Assembly: GCF_009931435.1 (NCBI RefSeq)
Contig: NZ_CP043414.1
Strand: one strand, 5' to 3'
Length of the DNA: 64,000 bases
Origin: Escherichia coli
Lineage (GTDB): Bacteria; Pseudomonadota; Gammaproteobacteria; Enterobacterales; Enterobacteriaceae
The first letter of the stretch is position 1. Every line of letters begins with the position of its first letter. This document shows positions 34,839 through 48,239 of the stretch, in pieces. The position numbers were made by a program, and so were the translations under genes. The notes beneath the pieces are model-generated. The model was given only the letters and a program-made list of their open reading frames with translations, was not told where the DNA came from and did no database searches.

Positions 34839-34845
34839 GTCGATT

Positions 34846-36135
34846 ATGACAACGGACGATCTTGCCTTTGACCAACGCCATATCTGGCACCCATACACAT
34901 CCATGACCTCCCCGCTACCGGTTTATCCGGTGGCGAGCGCCGAAGGTTGCGAGCTGATTTTGTCTGACGGCAGACGCCTGATTGACGGTATGTCGTCCTG
35001 GTGGGCGGCAATCCACGGCTACAATCACCCGCAGCTCAATGCGGCAATGAAGTCGCAAATTGATGCCATGTCGCATGTGATGTTTGGCGGTATCACCCAT
35101 GCGCCCGCTGTCGAGCTGTGCCGCAAACTGGTGGCAATGACGCCGCAACCGCTGGAATGCGTTTTTCTCGCGGACTCCGGCTCCGTAGCGGTGGAAGTGG
35201 CGATGAAAATGGCGTTGCAGTACTGGCAAGCCAAAGGCGAAGCGCGCCAGCGTTTTCTGACCTTCCGCAATGGTTATCATGGCGATACCTTTGGCGCGAT
35301 GTCGGTGTGCGATCCAGACAACTCAATGCACAGCCTGTGGAAAGGCTATCTGCCAGAAAACCTGTTTGCTCCCGCGCCGCAAAGCCGCATGGATGGCGAA
35401 TGGGATGAACGCGATATGGTGGGCTTCGCACGTCTGATGGCGGCGCATCGTCATGAAATCGCGGCGGTGATCATTGAACCGATTGTTCAGGGCGCTGGCG
35501 GAATGCGCATGTACCATCCGGAATGGTTAAAACGAATCCGCAAAATGTGCGATCGTGAAGGTATCTTGCTGATTGCTGACGAGATAGCCACCGGTTTTGG
35601 TCGTACCGGCAAACTGTTTGCCTGCGAACATGCGGGGATCGCGCCGGACATTTTGTGCCTCGGTAAAGCCTTAACCGGCGGCACGATGACCCTTTCCGCC
35701 ACGCTCACCACGCGCGAGGTTGCGGAAACCATCAGTAACGGTGAAGCTGGCTGCTTTATGCATGGGCCTACTTTTATGGGCAATCCACTGGCCTGCGCGG
35801 CAGCAAACGCCAGCCTGGCCATTATCGAATCTGGCGACTGGCAGCAGCAGGTAGCGACTATTGAAGTACAACTGCGCGAGCAACTGGCTCCTGCCCGTGA
35901 CGCCGAAATGGTTGCCGATGTGCGCGTGCTGGGAGCGATTGGCGTGGTCGAAACCACTCGTCCGGTGAATATGGCAGCGCTGCAAAAATTCTTTGTCGAA
36001 CAGGATGTCTGGATACGACCATTTGGCAAACTGATTTACCTGATGCCGCCCTATATTATTAGCCCGCAACAGTTGCTGCGCCTGACCACAGCGGTTAACC
36101 GCGCGGTACAGGATGAAACATTTTTTTGCCAATAG
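34846..36135 (+). CDS. bioA: Adenosylmethionine-8-amino-7-oxononanoate aminotransferase BioA
   Basis: 429 aa from [20 protein letters not shown]. The track ORF is extended upstream through the operator region. Confidence 0.95.
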   Translation: MTTDDLAFDQRHIWHPYTSMTSPLPVYPVASAEGCELILSDGRRLIDGMSSWWAAIHGYNHPQLNAAMKSQIDAMSHVMFGGITHAPAVELCRKLVAMTPQPLECVFLADSGSVAVEVAMKMALQYWQAKGEARQRFLTFRNGYHGDTFGAMSVCDPDNSMHSLWKGYLPENLFAPAPQSRMDGEWDERDMVGFARLMAAHRHEIAAVIIEPIVQGAGGMRMYHPEWLKRIRKMCDREGILLIADEIATGFGRTGKLFACEHAGIAPDILCLGKALTGGTMTLSATLTTREVAETISNGEAGCFMHGPTFMGNPLACAAANASLAIIESGDWQQQVATIEVQLREQLAPARDAEMVADVRVLGAIGVVETTRPVNMAALQKFFVEQDVWIRPFGKLIYLMPPYIISPQQLLRLTTAVNRAVQDETFFCQ

Positions 36136-36193
36136 CGGGAAGTCAGCGTGAGGGTTTCTGGCTACACTTTCTGCAAACTAGAAAGGAGGGTTC

Positions 36194-36670
36194 ATGAAAC
36201 TCATCAGTAATGATTTACGCGATGGCGATAAGCTGCCGCATCGTCATGTCTTTAACGGCATGGGTTACGATGGCGATAATATTTCACCGCATCTGGCATG
36301 GGATGATGTTCCTGCGGGAACCAAAAGTTTTGTCGTCACCTGCTACGACCCGGATGCGCCAACCGGCTCCGGCTGGTGGCACTGGGTAGTTGTTAATTTA
36401 CCCGCTGATACCCGCGTATTACCGCAAGGGTTTGGATCTGGTCTGGTAGCAATGCCAGACGGCGTTTTGCAGACGCGTACCGACTTTGGTAAAACCGGGT
36501 ACGATGGTGCAGCGCCGCCGAAAGGCGAAACCCATCGCTACATTTTTACCGTTCACGCGCTGGATGTAGAACGTATTGATGTCGATGAAGGTGCCAGCGG
36601 CGCGATGGTCGGGTTTAACGTTCATTTCCACTCTCTGGCAAGCGCCTCGATTACTGCGATGTTTAGTTAA
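36194..36670 (+). CDS. ybhB: PEBP-family (kinase inhibitor homolog) protein YbhB
   Basis: 158-aa ORF; synteny. Confidence 0.85.
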   Translation: MKLISNDLRDGDKLPHRHVFNGMGYDGDNISPHLAWDDVPAGTKSFVVTCYDPDAPTGSGWWHWVVVNLPADTRVLPQGFGSGLVAMPDGVLQTRTDFGKTGYDGAAPPKGETHRYIFTVHALDVERIDVDEGASGAMVGFNVHFHSLASASITAMFS

Positions 36671-36756
36671 TCACTCTGCCAGATGGCGCAATGCCATCTG
36701 GTATCACTTAAAGGTATTAAAAACAACTTTTTGTCTTTTTACCTTCCCGTTTCGCT

Positions 36757-36777
36757 CAAGTTAGTATAAAAAAGCAG
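36757..36777. other. Unoccupied phage lambda attachment site (attB core region)
   Basis: caagttagtataaaaaagcag is the reverse complement of ctgcttttttatactaacttg, between ybhB and ybhC; no prophage is present. Confidence 0.8.
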
Positions 36778-36821
36778 GCTTCAACGGATTCATTTTTCTA
36801 TTTCATAGCCCGGAGCAACCT

Positions 36822-38105
36822 GTGAACACATTTTCAGTTTCCCGTCTGGCGCTGGCATTGGCTTTTGGCGTGACGCTGACCGCCTGTAGCTCAACACCGC
36901 CCGATCAACGTCCTTCTGATCAAACCGCGCCTGGTACCTCTTCTCGCCCGATTCTGTCGGCAAAAGAAGCGCAGAATTTCGATGCTCAACACTATTTTGC
37001 GTCCCTGACGCCAGGTGCTGCAGCGTGGAATCCTTCCCCGATTACTCTGCCTGCACAACCTGACTTTGTTGTCGGTCCGGCGGGTACTCCGGGTGTAACG
37101 CATACCACGATTCAGGCGGCGGTAGATGCGGCAATTATCAAGCGTACCAATAAGCGCCAGTATATTGCCGTGATGCCTGGTGAATATCAGGGAACGGTGT
37201 ATGTCCCTGCCGCTCCGGGTGGAATTACCGTTTATGGTACAGGTGAAAAACCGATTGATGTGAAGATTGGGCTTTCCCTTGATGGGGGCATGAGCCCTGC
37301 CGACTGGCGTCACGATGTCAATCCGCGCGGCAAATACATGCCCGGTAAACCGGCATGGTATATGTACGATAGCTGCCAGAGCAAACGCAGCGACAGTATC
37401 GGCGTTCTCTGCTCTGCGGTCTTCTGGTCACAAAACAATGGCCTGCAACTGCAAAACCTGACCATCGAAAACACGCTGGGTGATAGCGTAGATGCGGGTA
37501 ACCATCCGGCGGTGGCACTGCGTACTGATGGCGATAAAGTGCAGATCAACAACGTCAACATTCTCGGTCGTCAGAATACCTTCTTTGTGACCAACAGCGG
37601 TGTACAGAACCGTCTGGAAACCAATCGTCAACCACGTACGCTGGTGACGAATAGCTATATTGAAGGGGATGTGGATATCGTTTCTGGTCGCGGCGCAGTG
37701 GTGTTCGATAATACCGAATTCCGCGTGGTGAACTCCCGTACCCAGCAAGAAGCGTATGTGTTTGCACCGGCTACGCTGTCTAACATCTATTACGGTTTCC
37801 TCGCCGTAAACAGCCGCTTCAATGCTTCCGGTGATGGCGTGGCGCAACTGGGCCGCTCGCTGGATGTTGATGCCAATACCAACGGTCAGGTGGTGATCCG
37901 TGATAGCGCCATCAACGAAGGTTTTAACACGGCTAAACCGTGGGCCGATGCGGTGATTTCCAATCGTCCGTTTGCGGGTAATACTGGCAACGTTGATGAT
38001 AACGACGAAGTACAGCGTAATCTGAATGACACTAACTACAACCGCATGTGGGAATACAATAACCGCGGCGTGGGTAGCAAAGTGGTTGCAGAGGCGAAGA
38101 AGTAA
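36822..38105 (+). CDS. ybhC: Putative pectinesterase-family outer membrane lipoprotein YbhC
   Basis: 427 aa with a lipoprotein signal peptide (..LTACSS). Confidence 0.85.
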   Translation: MNTFSVSRLALALAFGVTLTACSSTPPDQRPSDQTAPGTSSRPILSAKEAQNFDAQHYFASLTPGAAAWNPSPITLPAQPDFVVGPAGTPGVTHTTIQAAVDAAIIKRTNKRQYIAVMPGEYQGTVYVPAAPGGITVYGTGEKPIDVKIGLSLDGGMSPADWRHDVNPRGKYMPGKPAWYMYDSCQSKRSDSIGVLCSAVFWSQNNGLQLQNLTIENTLGDSVDAGNHPAVALRTDGDKVQINNVNILGRQNTFFVTNSGVQNRLETNRQPRTLVTNSYIEGDVDIVSGRGAVVFDNTEFRVVNSRTQQEAYVFAPATLSNIYYGFLAVNSRFNASGDGVAQLGRSLDVDANTNGQVVIRDSAINEGFNTAKPWADAVISNRPFAGNTGNVDDNDEVQRNLNDTNYNRMWEYNNRGVGSKVVAEAKK

Positions 38106-38120
38106 AAGCGATTAACTTTT

Positions 38121-38320
<200 letters not shown>

Positions 38321-38337
38321 CATTCACATGGCGCTTT

Positions 38338-40599
38338 TTACATCTGACGGTTTTTATTGAAGTTAATCAAACTACCCGCCTTGATAATCTCGCGCTCTTC
38401 AGCAGTCAGACTTTCCATATAGAGCGTAATCTCTGTTACCGGCGCATCTTCATGGATCACATAACCTTTAAACGTCGTCCCCGGATTATCCAGCGCCGCT
38501 TTAATGCCAGGGATGTAAATGTAATCGCCCACTTCAAAGTTCGGTGCTTCCGCCATTTGCAGCGGTAACATCCCCCAGTTGATGACGTTAGAACGGTAGC
38601 GTTTAGTCGCGTATTCCTCGGCAATATTCGCCAGACCGCCAATCACACGCTGGCAACTCGCCGCCTGCTCACGCGCAGAACCATCGCCTGGTTTCACCGC
38701 ATAGACCATGCTGCCAATTTCAGTTTGCAGCGGATCAATATGCTCCTGACCAGCAATCTGCTTAATGCGCGCAAACACCTCTGTCAGCTCGCTGACATTG
38801 CCCGCCAGACGCTGATTTTCCAGCTCGGCAGTCGCTTTACTTCTGCCAACATAGCCCGGATCACGGCGTAACAGGGTAAACTCCGCCAAACCAATCGGAT
38901 TTGAACGATAAGAAGAGGTTTCACCGGAAGGAATCAATTCGTCGGTGGTGGTCACTTCGTCGAGGATCTTCGAGCACACTTTGAGGACGATATTGTCAGT
39001 CAGCGCCCCCAATTCCGGCCAGTCTTTGATGTTCGGTCCGTAGATCAGCGATTGCTGGGTCGCCCCTTTCACAAAGCCCTGATAGACGCGATTTTTATAC
39101 GGCGTGACATCGAAGGCATACTCCGGCACGATGTCCCAGCAGTCCAATTCACTTGCAGAGGTTAAATAACCACCGTTTGCGGCTGTTGCAGCGATAGAAC
39201 GGGCATCCATCAACGCCACCGCTGACATCTGACCGTTGGCTGGCTTAGAGCCTTCGCGATTCGGGAAGTTACGCGTGGTGTGGCGAATACTCAAACCGTT
39301 GTTGATTGGCGTGTCGCCCGCGCCAAAGCATGGGCCGCAGAACGCGGTTCTGATGATTGCGCCTGCGCCAATCAAATCTGCTACCACGCCTTTTTTGGCT
39401 AAATCCATAAACACCGGCTGTGATGATGGATAAACCGCCAGCGAGAAGGTGTCATTGCCACAGGATTGACCGCGCAGCGCATTAGCTGCAGCGATAACGT
39501 TTTCATAGTTACCGCCAGAACAGCCCGCGATAATCCCCTGCTGCACTTTCAGGCGACCATTTTCGACTTTATCCAGCAATGAGAGTTTGGCTTTCCCGTG
39601 CGCCACGCGCTCGGACTCAATTTCAATCTCACGCAGAATGTCAGTCAGGTTCTGGTTCAGCATGTCGATTTCATACACGTTGCTCGGGTGGAACGGCAGC
39701 GCAATCATTGGTTTGATGGCACTCAAATCAACGCTGATGCAGCCATCGTAGTACGCCATCGGTTGAGGGTTAAGCTGACAATAATCCTGGCCGCGACCGT
39801 GCAGCGCCAGCCAGTTATGGACTTCTTCATCAGTTTGCCAGACAGAACTTAAACAGGTCGTTTCAGTGGTCATAACGTCAACGCTGTTACGGAAATCGGT
39901 AGAGAGCGCCGCAACACCGGGACCTACGAATTCCATCACTTTGTTTTTGACGTAGCCGTTTTTGAACACGGCACCAATGATAGCCAGCGCCACATCCTGC
40001 GGCCCCACATACGGCGCAGGTTTTCCGGTCAAATGCACCGCAACAACTCCCGGATAGTCGATATCCCAGGTGTCATTAAGCAGCTGTTTTACCAACTCAC
40101 CGCCACCCTCACCGACTGCCATTGTCCCTAATGCACCGTAACGGGTGTGGCTGTCTGACCCGAGGATCATTTTGCCGCCTCCTGCCATCATCTCACGCAT
40201 ATATTGATGGATGACCGCAATATGTGGAGGCACAAAAATACCGCCATAACGCTGCGCTGCCGATAAACCAAAAACATGGTCATCACCGTTAATGGTGCCG
40301 CCGACGGCGCAGAGTGAGTTATGGCAGTTGGTCAGCACATACGGCAGCGGGAAACGTTCCATACCGGACGCTTTAGCGGTCTGTACAATACCAACAAAGG
40401 TAATATCGTGAGAGGCTAATGAATCAAACTTAATTTTAAGTTTGTCCATATTTCCGGACGTATTATGAGAAGAGAGAATAGACCAGGCAATAGTGCCTTT
40501 TTTGGCTTCTTCTTTTTTAATTTCGCCGCTGAAATGTTCTTCGGCAATTATTTCGTTATTACTGGCGAGAAACACGCCTTTTTCAGATAACTTGATCAT
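38338..40599 (-). CDS. ybhJ: Aconitase-family protein YbhJ
   Basis: 753 aa from [12 protein letters not shown]...; Cys residues in aconitase-like context. The track ORF starts 8 codons upstream. Confidence 0.85.
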   Translation of the reverse strand: MIKLSEKGVFLASNNEIIAEEHFSGEIKKEEAKKGTIAWSILSSHNTSGNMDKLKIKFDSLASHDITFVGIVQTAKASGMERFPLPYVLTNCHNSLCAVGGTINGDDHVFGLSAAQRYGGIFVPPHIAVIHQYMREMMAGGGKMILGSDSHTRYGALGTMAVGEGGGELVKQLLNDTWDIDYPGVVAVHLTGKPAPYVGPQDVALAIIGAVFKNGYVKNKVMEFVGPGVAALSTDFRNSVDVMTTETTCLSSVWQTDEEVHNWLALHGRGQDYCQLNPQPMAYYDGCISVDLSAIKPMIALPFHPSNVYEIDMLNQNLTDILREIEIESERVAHGKAKLSLLDKVENGRLKVQQGIIAGCSGGNYENVIAAANALRGQSCGNDTFSLAVYPSSQPVFMDLAKKGVVADLIGAGAIIRTAFCGPCFGAGDTPINNGLSIRHTTRNFPNREGSKPANGQMSAVALMDARSIAATAANGGYLTSASELDCWDIVPEYAFDVTPYKNRVYQGFVKGATQQSLIYGPNIKDWPELGALTDNIVLKVCSKILDEVTTTDELIPSGETSSYRSNPIGLAEFTLLRRDPGYVGRSKATAELENQRLAGNVSELTEVFARIKQIAGQEHIDPLQTEIGSMVYAVKPGDGSAREQAASCQRVIGGLANIAEEYATKRYRSNVINWGMLPLQMAEAPNFEVGDYIYIPGIKAALDNPGTTFKGYVIHEDAPVTEITLYMESLTAEEREIIKAGSLINFNKNRQM

Positions 40600-40671
40600 C
40601 AAATGCTCCAGATATCTGCGCACCGTTAAGTGCGCAGAAAGATAATAAATGGATATACTCTAAATAATTCG

Positions 40672-40772
40672 AGTTGCAGGAAGGCGGCAAGCGAGTGAAT
40701 CCCCAGGAGCTTACATAAGTAAGTGACTGGGGTGAGCGAACGCAGACGCAGCACATGCAACTTGAAGTATGA
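40672..40772. repeat. Intergenic repeat resembling the E. coli box C family
   Basis: ...gtgactggggtgagcgaacgcag...caacttgaagtatgacgagtata, recognised from memory of box C; not verified by alignment. Confidence 0.4.
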
Positions 40773-40781
40773 CGAGTATAT

Positions 40782-42215
40782 TTACAGCATGTTCCAGCCG
40801 ATCAGCATATTCCACCACCACACGCCGAGGGTGATATGTACCAGGAAGGTTAATATCGTCAGTACCGCACCGACCAACCACCAGGATTTAATATCGTTAT
40901 AGCCTACGCCGAAGATGACCGGACCTGCCGCACCGCCATAGTGAGTAACCATGCCGCCATAGGAGTTGGAGAAAAGCAGCGCCAGCGCAGTTAACATTAA
41001 CGGTGCGCCGGAGACGTTCGCCAGCATGGCAAATACCGGTAACATGGCAACGATATAGGCACTACCGGAAGCAAAGAAATAACGCACGATGATGCTAAGG
41101 AAAATAATAACGAAGAAAGCTACGTTACCATGGCCGTCAAATGCCAGGTTATTTTTAAAGACTTCAGCTAACCATTCGAAGAATTTAACTTTCGATAATA
41201 AGGAGCTTAAGCCGATAATACCGCCGTACCAGATTAAGGTATTCCAGCCGCCTTTATTTTTCACCACGTCTTCCCAGGTAACGATCCCCAGCAGCAGCAT
41301 GGTCGCCATAACAACGATTGCCACAGTGGATTCATCTACCCCGAGCGTTTTACTGAAAATCCAGCCCAACAGCGCCAGCACAAAGACACCGAGCAGCATT
41401 TTTTCGCGGATTTTCATCGGCCCCAGTTCAGCAAGGCCCGCTTTGGCGATGGTTTTGTTATCCACTTTCTTAATTTCTGGCGGATACATGGTGTAAATCA
41501 CCAGCGGAGTGACCAGCAGCATAATGATGCCCGGCAATCCAGCAGCCAGCGCCCATCCACCCCAACTAATTTGTAGGTGCAGAATATCATTGATCATTTT
41601 CAGCGCCAGAATGTTCCCCGCCATTGCGGTAAAGAACATATAGCTGGTGGTTTTAGTGACCATGTAAATGGACATCATCAGGTAATGTCCAACACGACGT
41701 GGGCTTTTTTCAGGTTCTGACCCCAAAGCCACCGCCACGCTGTTGATGATCGGTAACACAATGCCGCCCGCACGCGCGGTGTTAGACGGTGTTGCCGGAG
41801 CCAGTACCAGATCGAGGAATACCGTAACGTAACCCAGCCCCAGGGTAGTGCTACCAATTTTGCCAATCAATAAATAGGCAATACGTTTACCTAACCCTGT
41901 GGTCACAAATGCGGCGCTTAAGGTAAACGCCGAGAACACCAGCCAGGTGGTACCTGAAGAGTAACCGCTTAATACGGCGGTAGTCTTAAATGCACCATCG
42001 GATAAATTACCGACCACCACCATTGAGGCAGCAACGGCAATTAACAGTACGACAGGTTCCGGGAAAGGCTTGATAACCAGCCCGACGATTGCTGCCAGGT
42101 AAATACCAAAAAGCACCCACGCCAGTTCGCTTAATCCTGCCGGAGCTGGCATAAAGCCAATAATACATGGGATCGCTAATATCAGAATTAGCTTCCATAA
42201 CGATTTTTTATTCAT
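40782..42215 (-). CDS. ybhI: DASS-family anion transporter YbhI
   Basis: 477-aa polytopic membrane protein; synteny. Confidence 0.85.
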   Translation of the reverse strand: MNKKSLWKLILILAIPCIIGFMPAPAGLSELAWVLFGIYLAAIVGLVIKPFPEPVVLLIAVAASMVVVGNLSDGAFKTTAVLSGYSSGTTWLVFSAFTLSAAFVTTGLGKRIAYLLIGKIGSTTLGLGYVTVFLDLVLAPATPSNTARAGGIVLPIINSVAVALGSEPEKSPRRVGHYLMMSIYMVTKTTSYMFFTAMAGNILALKMINDILHLQISWGGWALAAGLPGIIMLLVTPLVIYTMYPPEIKKVDNKTIAKAGLAELGPMKIREKMLLGVFVLALLGWIFSKTLGVDESTVAIVVMATMLLLGIVTWEDVVKNKGGWNTLIWYGGIIGLSSLLSKVKFFEWLAEVFKNNLAFDGHGNVAFFVIIFLSIIVRYFFASGSAYIVAMLPVFAMLANVSGAPLMLTALALLFSNSYGGMVTHYGGAAGPVIFGVGYNDIKSWWLVGAVLTILTFLVHITLGVWWWNMLIGWNML

Positions 42216-42289
42216 TTAAAATCCTGTTCTTTCTGTATGACTTATACAGAAGTCCTTTGTTAATTGCCCTTATCACGACAACGACCTTT

Positions 42290-43342
42290 TCAGGGAAGAT
42301 AAACTTCACCGGAAAATATTTTTCTGGTCGTCCGAATAACAGATGCGCGTAAGGTTGTGGCATCCTGACCTTCATTGCTTAAATGAACGTCGAGCGCACC
42401 ACTGGGATGTTCAATATTGATATTGCCATATCCTACAGAAGGGACGATTTGTCGGGTGACGGTGCCTTCCAATGCACAGCTACTGGAAATGGCAATAGCA
42501 CCGGTTATCGCCAGCGCACGATGGCAGGAGTGCGGCATAAAATAACGCACATTAATTGCCCCGCCTTTCTGCGCAGGAGAAATAAGCACAGGTTTAGGGA
42601 TAACCATATTACTGACATCACCTAAGCCCATTGCTTTACCCGCTTGTAGGCGGATAGATTCAATGCGGGCTAATAATGTTTTGTCGGCATCCAGTTCCGC
42701 CGGTAATTCATAGCCTGTTTTACCCAAATAATCAGCCGGAATAATGACGACTGGCATCGCCATATCGATACAGGTCACTGGAACATCGTCAAAATAATCA
42801 ATCTGATTATCAGTCGGGAAGACTTTTCCGGTTTTTGTTCCGGCGGCATTCAGGAAAGTGAGCGCAACCGGTGCGGCAGTACCCGGTACGCCGTCAATTC
42901 TGGCGTTACCCTCGTACTCGACAACACCATTTGGCGTTTGCACATCAGCTTCGATGAACGTACCCGTATTGACGTTGCGGATACATACGCGGGTAACTGG
43001 CGAAGTCGCTGCAATCAAACCATTTTCAATAGCAAATGCCCCAACGCCAGACAGCATATTGCCGCAGTTAGGCGTGGTATCGACACGTTGCTCATGGACG
43101 ATAACTTGAGCAAACAGATAATCGACATCAGCACGCGGATCGCTGGAACGGCTAATTATGGCGACTTTACTGGTCAGTGGATTACCGCCGCCAATACCGT
43201 CAATTTCCAGATCGTTACCGGAACCCATAATTGCCATCAATATTTTATCGCGCTGCGTTTGATCTTCGGGTAGATGTTCCGCTAACAGGAACGCGCCCCT
43301 CGAGGTTCCACCTCGCATCATCACGCAGGGTATTTTTTTCAT
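42290..43342 (-). CDS. ybhH: PrpF/AcnD-accessory-like isomerase-family protein YbhH
   Basis: 350-aa ORF; synteny. Confidence 0.8.
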   Translation of the reverse strand: MKKIPCVMMRGGTSRGAFLLAEHLPEDQTQRDKILMAIMGSGNDLEIDGIGGGNPLTSKVAIISRSSDPRADVDYLFAQVIVHEQRVDTTPNCGNMLSGVGAFAIENGLIAATSPVTRVCIRNVNTGTFIEADVQTPNGVVEYEGNARIDGVPGTAAPVALTFLNAAGTKTGKVFPTDNQIDYFDDVPVTCIDMAMPVVIIPADYLGKTGYELPAELDADKTLLARIESIRLQAGKAMGLGDVSNMVIPKPVLISPAQKGGAINVRYFMPHSCHRALAITGAIAISSSCALEGTVTRQIVPSVGYGNINIEHPSGALDVHLSNEGQDATTLRASVIRTTRKIFSGEVYLP

Positions 43343-43525
43343 AATAATGCCCTCAATTTAAAAACATAACTTATTGCGATATGGTTACATTAAGGGCAAA
43401 GCATCTCTAATGACTTTAGCTCAACGATTAATAACATTTTTTCATTAATTTAAGTTGGCTAAATGCAGTTAAAATTTTTAACGGCCTGTCATCCAAAATC
43501 GTCGCATCCATTTTTCGGAGTAATA

Positions 43526-44479
43526 ATGAAGCATGAATTATCAAGTATGAAGGCATTTGTCATACTGGCAGAGTCCAGTTCATTTAACAATGCTGCTAAA
43601 TTACTCAATATTACGCAACCTGCATTAACGCGAAGAATAAAAAAAATGGAAGAGGATTTACATATTCAACTATTTGAGCGTACAACTCGCAAGGTTATGT
43701 TAACAAAAGCAGGAAAAAGGTTGCTCCCGGAGGCGCGGGAATTAATAAAGAAATTCGATGAAACGCTTTTTAATATTCGTGATATGAATGCTTATCATCG
43801 TGGTATGGTGACGTTAGCGTGTATTCCGACCGCAGTATTTTATTTTTTACCACTGGCAATCGGTAAATTTAATGAGCTGTATCCCAATATTAAAGTGCGG
43901 ATTCTGGAACAAGGCACGAATAATTGCATGGAATCGGTGCTGTGTAACGAATCAGACTTTGGCATAAACATGAACAACGTCACAAATTCATCCATTGATT
44001 TTACCCCACTGGTCAACGAGCCGTTTGTGCTGGCCTGTCGGCGTGACCATCCATTGGCCAAAAAGCAGCTTGTAGAATGGCAGGAGTTAGTAGGTTACAA
44101 AATGATTGGCGTACGCTCCTCCAGCGGCAACCGACTTTTGATAGAACAACAGCTGGCCGACAAGCCCTGGAAGCTGGACTGGTTTTACGAAGTGCGTCAT
44201 CTTTCGACGTCATTAGGACTGGTGGAGGCGGGACTGGGGATTTCGGCGCTTCCTGGTCTGGCAATGCCCCATGCACCCTATTCTTCGATTATTGGTATCC
44301 CGCTGGTGGAACCGGTTATACGTCGGACATTGGGGATTATTCGCCGCAAAGATGCCGTGCTTTCTCCGGCAGCAGAACGCTTTTTTGCCTTGCTGATTAA
44401 TTTGTGGACTGACGATAAAGACAACTTGTGGACCAATATCGTCGAACGCCAAAGACATGCGTTACAGGAAATGGGGTAA
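43526..44479 (+). CDS. ybhD: LysR-family transcriptional regulator YbhD
   Basis: 317 aa from MKHELSSMKAFVILAESSSFNNAAKLLNITQPALTRRIKKME (HTH); divergent from ybhH. Confidence 0.85.
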   Translation: MKHELSSMKAFVILAESSSFNNAAKLLNITQPALTRRIKKMEEDLHIQLFERTTRKVMLTKAGKRLLPEARELIKKFDETLFNIRDMNAYHRGMVTLACIPTAVFYFLPLAIGKFNELYPNIKVRILEQGTNNCMESVLCNESDFGINMNNVTNSSIDFTPLVNEPFVLACRRDHPLAKKQLVEWQELVGYKMIGVRSSSGNRLLIEQQLADKPWKLDWFYEVRHLSTSLGLVEAGLGISALPGLAMPHAPYSSIIGIPLVEPVIRRTLGIIRRKDAVLSPAAERFFALLINLWTDDKDNLWTNIVERQRHALQEMG

Positions 44480-44519
44480 TACTCCGGCGCAGGAGATACT
44501 GCGCCGGGTGAATCAGCGG

Positions 44520-45551
<1,032 letters not shown>

Positions 45552-45669
45552 CTAAAATTAGTCGCTTTTGGCGGTGAATGCTGAATTAAAACGCAGAATT
45601 TTGTCCGATAGTGGTATCGGTGTACCATTCGCGCAGACGAAAATTCTTAACCTTAATCTGGAATACGCC

Positions 45670-46488
45670 ATGACCACACGCGTGATTGCACTCGACTTAG
45701 ACGGCACCTTATTGACCCCGAAAAAAACCTTGCTTCCTTCATCGATAGAAGCCCTGGCCCGCGCTCGCGAAGCAGGTTATCAATTAATCATCGTCACGGG
45801 CCGCCATCACGTCGCTATTCATCCTTTTTATCAGGCGCTGGCGCTGGATACACCTGCTATTTGCTGTAATGGCACCTATTTGTATGATTATCATGCAAAA
45901 ACAGTGCTTGAAGCCGATCCAATGCCCGTTAATAAAGCCCTGCAACTCATTGAGATGCTGAATGAACACCACATTCACGGTCTGATGTATGTGGATGATG
46001 CAATGGTCTATGAGCACCCGACCGGGCATGTCATTCGCACGTCTAACTGGGCGCAAACCCTGCCGCCGGAACAGCGTCCGACCTTTACCCAGGTTGCTTC
46101 ACTGGCCGAGACAGCGCAGGAAGTTAACGCAGTATGGAAGTTCGCCCTGACACACGATGACCTGCCGCAATTGCAGCATTTTGGTAAGCATGTTGAACAT
46201 GAATTGGGACTGGAGTGTGAATGGTCCTGGCACGATCAGGTTGATATTGCCCGCGGTGGTAACAGCAAAGGTAAACGCCTGACGAAATGGGTTGAGGCGC
46301 AAGGCTGGTCGATGGAAAACGTTGTCGCATTCGGCGATAATTTTAATGATATCAGTATGCTGGAAGCCGCTGGTACAGGCGTGGCGATGGGCAACGCTGA
46401 TGACGCAGTAAAAGCGCGCGCCAACATTGTGATTGGTGATAACACCACCGACAGCATTGCCCAGTTCATTTATAACCACCTGATTTAA
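45670..46488 (+). CDS. ybhA: HAD-family sugar/pyridoxal phosphatase YbhA
   Basis: 272 aa from MTTRVIALDLDGTLL (HAD motif I). The track ORF is extended upstream. Confidence 0.9.
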   Translation: MTTRVIALDLDGTLLTPKKTLLPSSIEALARAREAGYQLIIVTGRHHVAIHPFYQALALDTPAICCNGTYLYDYHAKTVLEADPMPVNKALQLIEMLNEHHIHGLMYVDDAMVYEHPTGHVIRTSNWAQTLPPEQRPTFTQVASLAETAQEVNAVWKFALTHDDLPQLQHFGKHVEHELGLECEWSWHDQVDIARGGNSKGKRLTKWVEAQGWSMENVVAFGDNFNDISMLEAAGTGVAMGNADDAVKARANIVIGDNTTDSIAQFIYNHLI

Positions 46489-47547
46489 TCAGGCGGTTAT
46501 CGAGACACTTTTAATTTGCGCGTATAGCCACAGGCCAGGTTTGATCGCCAGTTCATCCCTGGCCCACGGGCTTATTCGCGCCCACAGCGTTTTACCGCCG
46601 ACTTCCAGTTCCACTTCCACCTGGCCGTTGTCGTCATAACTATTAACAACTTTTGCCCGCAATACGTTACGAATGCTGGTTTGCTGCGGCGGTTGTAAAA
46701 CCAGCGAGACATCGGAAGCCTGAATGCGGATGCGTAGCGCAGCTTGCAGCGGTTCGTCCAGCTTATTGACCCACAAATGCTGATCGCCCAGCGCCAGTGC
46801 GGTCATCGCGTAATGCGGATGATGTTCCAGTACCGTTACTTTCAGAATGCTGCTTTGTTGCTCTTTCGGCAACCATGGATTCATCACGCTACTGCCCCAG
46901 ACGTCTTCCAGCGCACCGAACGCTTTCACCTGGCCGTTTTCCAGTACCATCACTCGGTCTGCCAGATGGAGGATCTCATCCAGTGAATGACTGACATAGA
47001 GCATCGGAATGTTGATTTCCCGCGTCAACCGTTGCAGATAAGGCAATAGCTCGCGTTTTCGCGGAAGATCCAATGATGCCAGCGGTTCATCCAGTAACAG
47101 CAATTCCGGTGCTGTCAGCAAAGCCCGACCAATCGCCACACGCTGTTTTTCGCCTCCGGACAGGCTGCCCGGTAAACGGTCAAGCAACGGTTCAATGCCT
47201 AAAAGCGCCACCAGCTTATCGAACTGATCGACCATGCTTTTCGCCATGCCGTAGCGCAGATTTCCACGTACTTTGTAATGCGGAAACAGCCGCGCATCCT
47301 GAAACACATAACCAACGCGACGCTTTTCTGGCGAAAGGCAGATCCTTTTTTCGGCGTCATTTAGTACCCGACCATTGAGGACAATCCGCCCTTTTTGTGG
47401 ACGTGTCAGCCCACTGATGGCATTAATCAGCGAGGTTTTTCCGGCACCAGAGACGCCAAAGATAGCAGTGATACCATTGGCGGGCAGCGTTTCATTAATG
47501 GTCAGGCAATGGTTGCCCAACGTCTGGGAAAAATTCAGTTCCAACAT
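46489..47547 (-). CDS. modC: Molybdate ABC transporter ATPase ModC
   Basis: 352 aa with Walker A (GVSGAGKTS). Confidence 0.95.
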   Translation of the reverse strand: MLELNFSQTLGNHCLTINETLPANGITAIFGVSGAGKTSLINAISGLTRPQKGRIVLNGRVLNDAEKRICLSPEKRRVGYVFQDARLFPHYKVRGNLRYGMAKSMVDQFDKLVALLGIEPLLDRLPGSLSGGEKQRVAIGRALLTAPELLLLDEPLASLDLPRKRELLPYLQRLTREINIPMLYVSHSLDEILHLADRVMVLENGQVKAFGALEDVWGSSVMNPWLPKEQQSSILKVTVLEHHPHYAMTALALGDQHLWVNKLDEPLQAALRIRIQASDVSLVLQPPQQTSIRNVLRAKVVNSYDDNGQVEVELEVGGKTLWARISPWARDELAIKPGLWLYAQIKSVSITA

Positions 47548-47549
47548 GA

Positions 47550-48239
47550 TTAGCGCCCCGCCCGTTCACGGCTGATTCTGGCCAGCCATTCTGAAATCAA
47601 CAGGGAGATCATCGCCAGCGCAATAGAGATAATGCACAGTCTCGCCGCACCACTTTCCCCGCCGGGGGTCTGGATCAGGGTATACATGGCTGAAGGAATG
47701 GTTCGCGTTTCGCCAGGAATGTTAGAAACAAAGGTGATCGTTGCCCCAAACTCACCAAGCGAACGAGCGAATGCCAGTACCGTACCGACGATAATTCCCG
47801 GTAAGGTCAGCGGTAACGTGATAGTAAAGAACACGCGCCAGCGCCCTGCCCCCAATGTTCTTGCGGCCTGTTCCAGTTTGACATCAACCCCTTCCAGCGC
47901 CAGACGAATTGCCCGCACCATCAACGGAAACGACATCACGGCGGCAGCGAGAACCGCACCACGCCAGCTAAAGGCGAAGGTAATGCCAAACCAGTCATAC
48001 AGACGTTCACCGATAAATCCGCGCCGTCCCATCGAAACTAATAACAAGTAACCGACGACCACGGGCGGTAACACCAGCGGTAGATGCAGTACGCTATCGA
48101 GCAGAGCTTTGCCCGGAAATGTGCAACGCACCAGTAACCAGGCAAAAAAGATCCCAAACGGCAGGCTAAACAGCACAGCCAGGGAAGAAACTTTCAGGCT
48201 TAATAAAACCGCCTGCCATTCTGGATCGGTCAGTATCAT
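47550..48239 (-). CDS. modB: Molybdate ABC transporter permease ModB
   Basis: 229-aa polytopic membrane protein; operon position. Confidence 0.95.
   Translation of the reverse strand: MILTDPEWQAVLLSLKVSSLAVLFSLPFGIFFAWLLVRCTFPGKALLDSVLHLPLVLPPVVVGYLLLVSMGRRGFIGERLYDWFGITFAFSWRGAVLAAAVMSFPLMVRAIRLALEGVDVKLEQAARTLGAGRWRVFFTITLPLTLPGIIVGTVLAFARSLGEFGATITFVSNIPGETRTIPSAMYTLIQTPGGESGAARLCIISIALAMISLLISEWLARISRERAGR

Noticed and set aside
35025-36132. Cluster of overlapping ORFs (81-180 aa) inside bioA on both strands
   Set aside because: bioA is unambiguous (429 aa, PLP-aminotransferase); these are alternative-frame artefacts.
40624-40781. Possible small RNA or structured element between ybhJ and ybhI
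   Set aside because: The sequence matches what I remember as a box C-type intergenic repeat, so it is annotated as a repeat rather than as a novel ncRNA; not independently verified.
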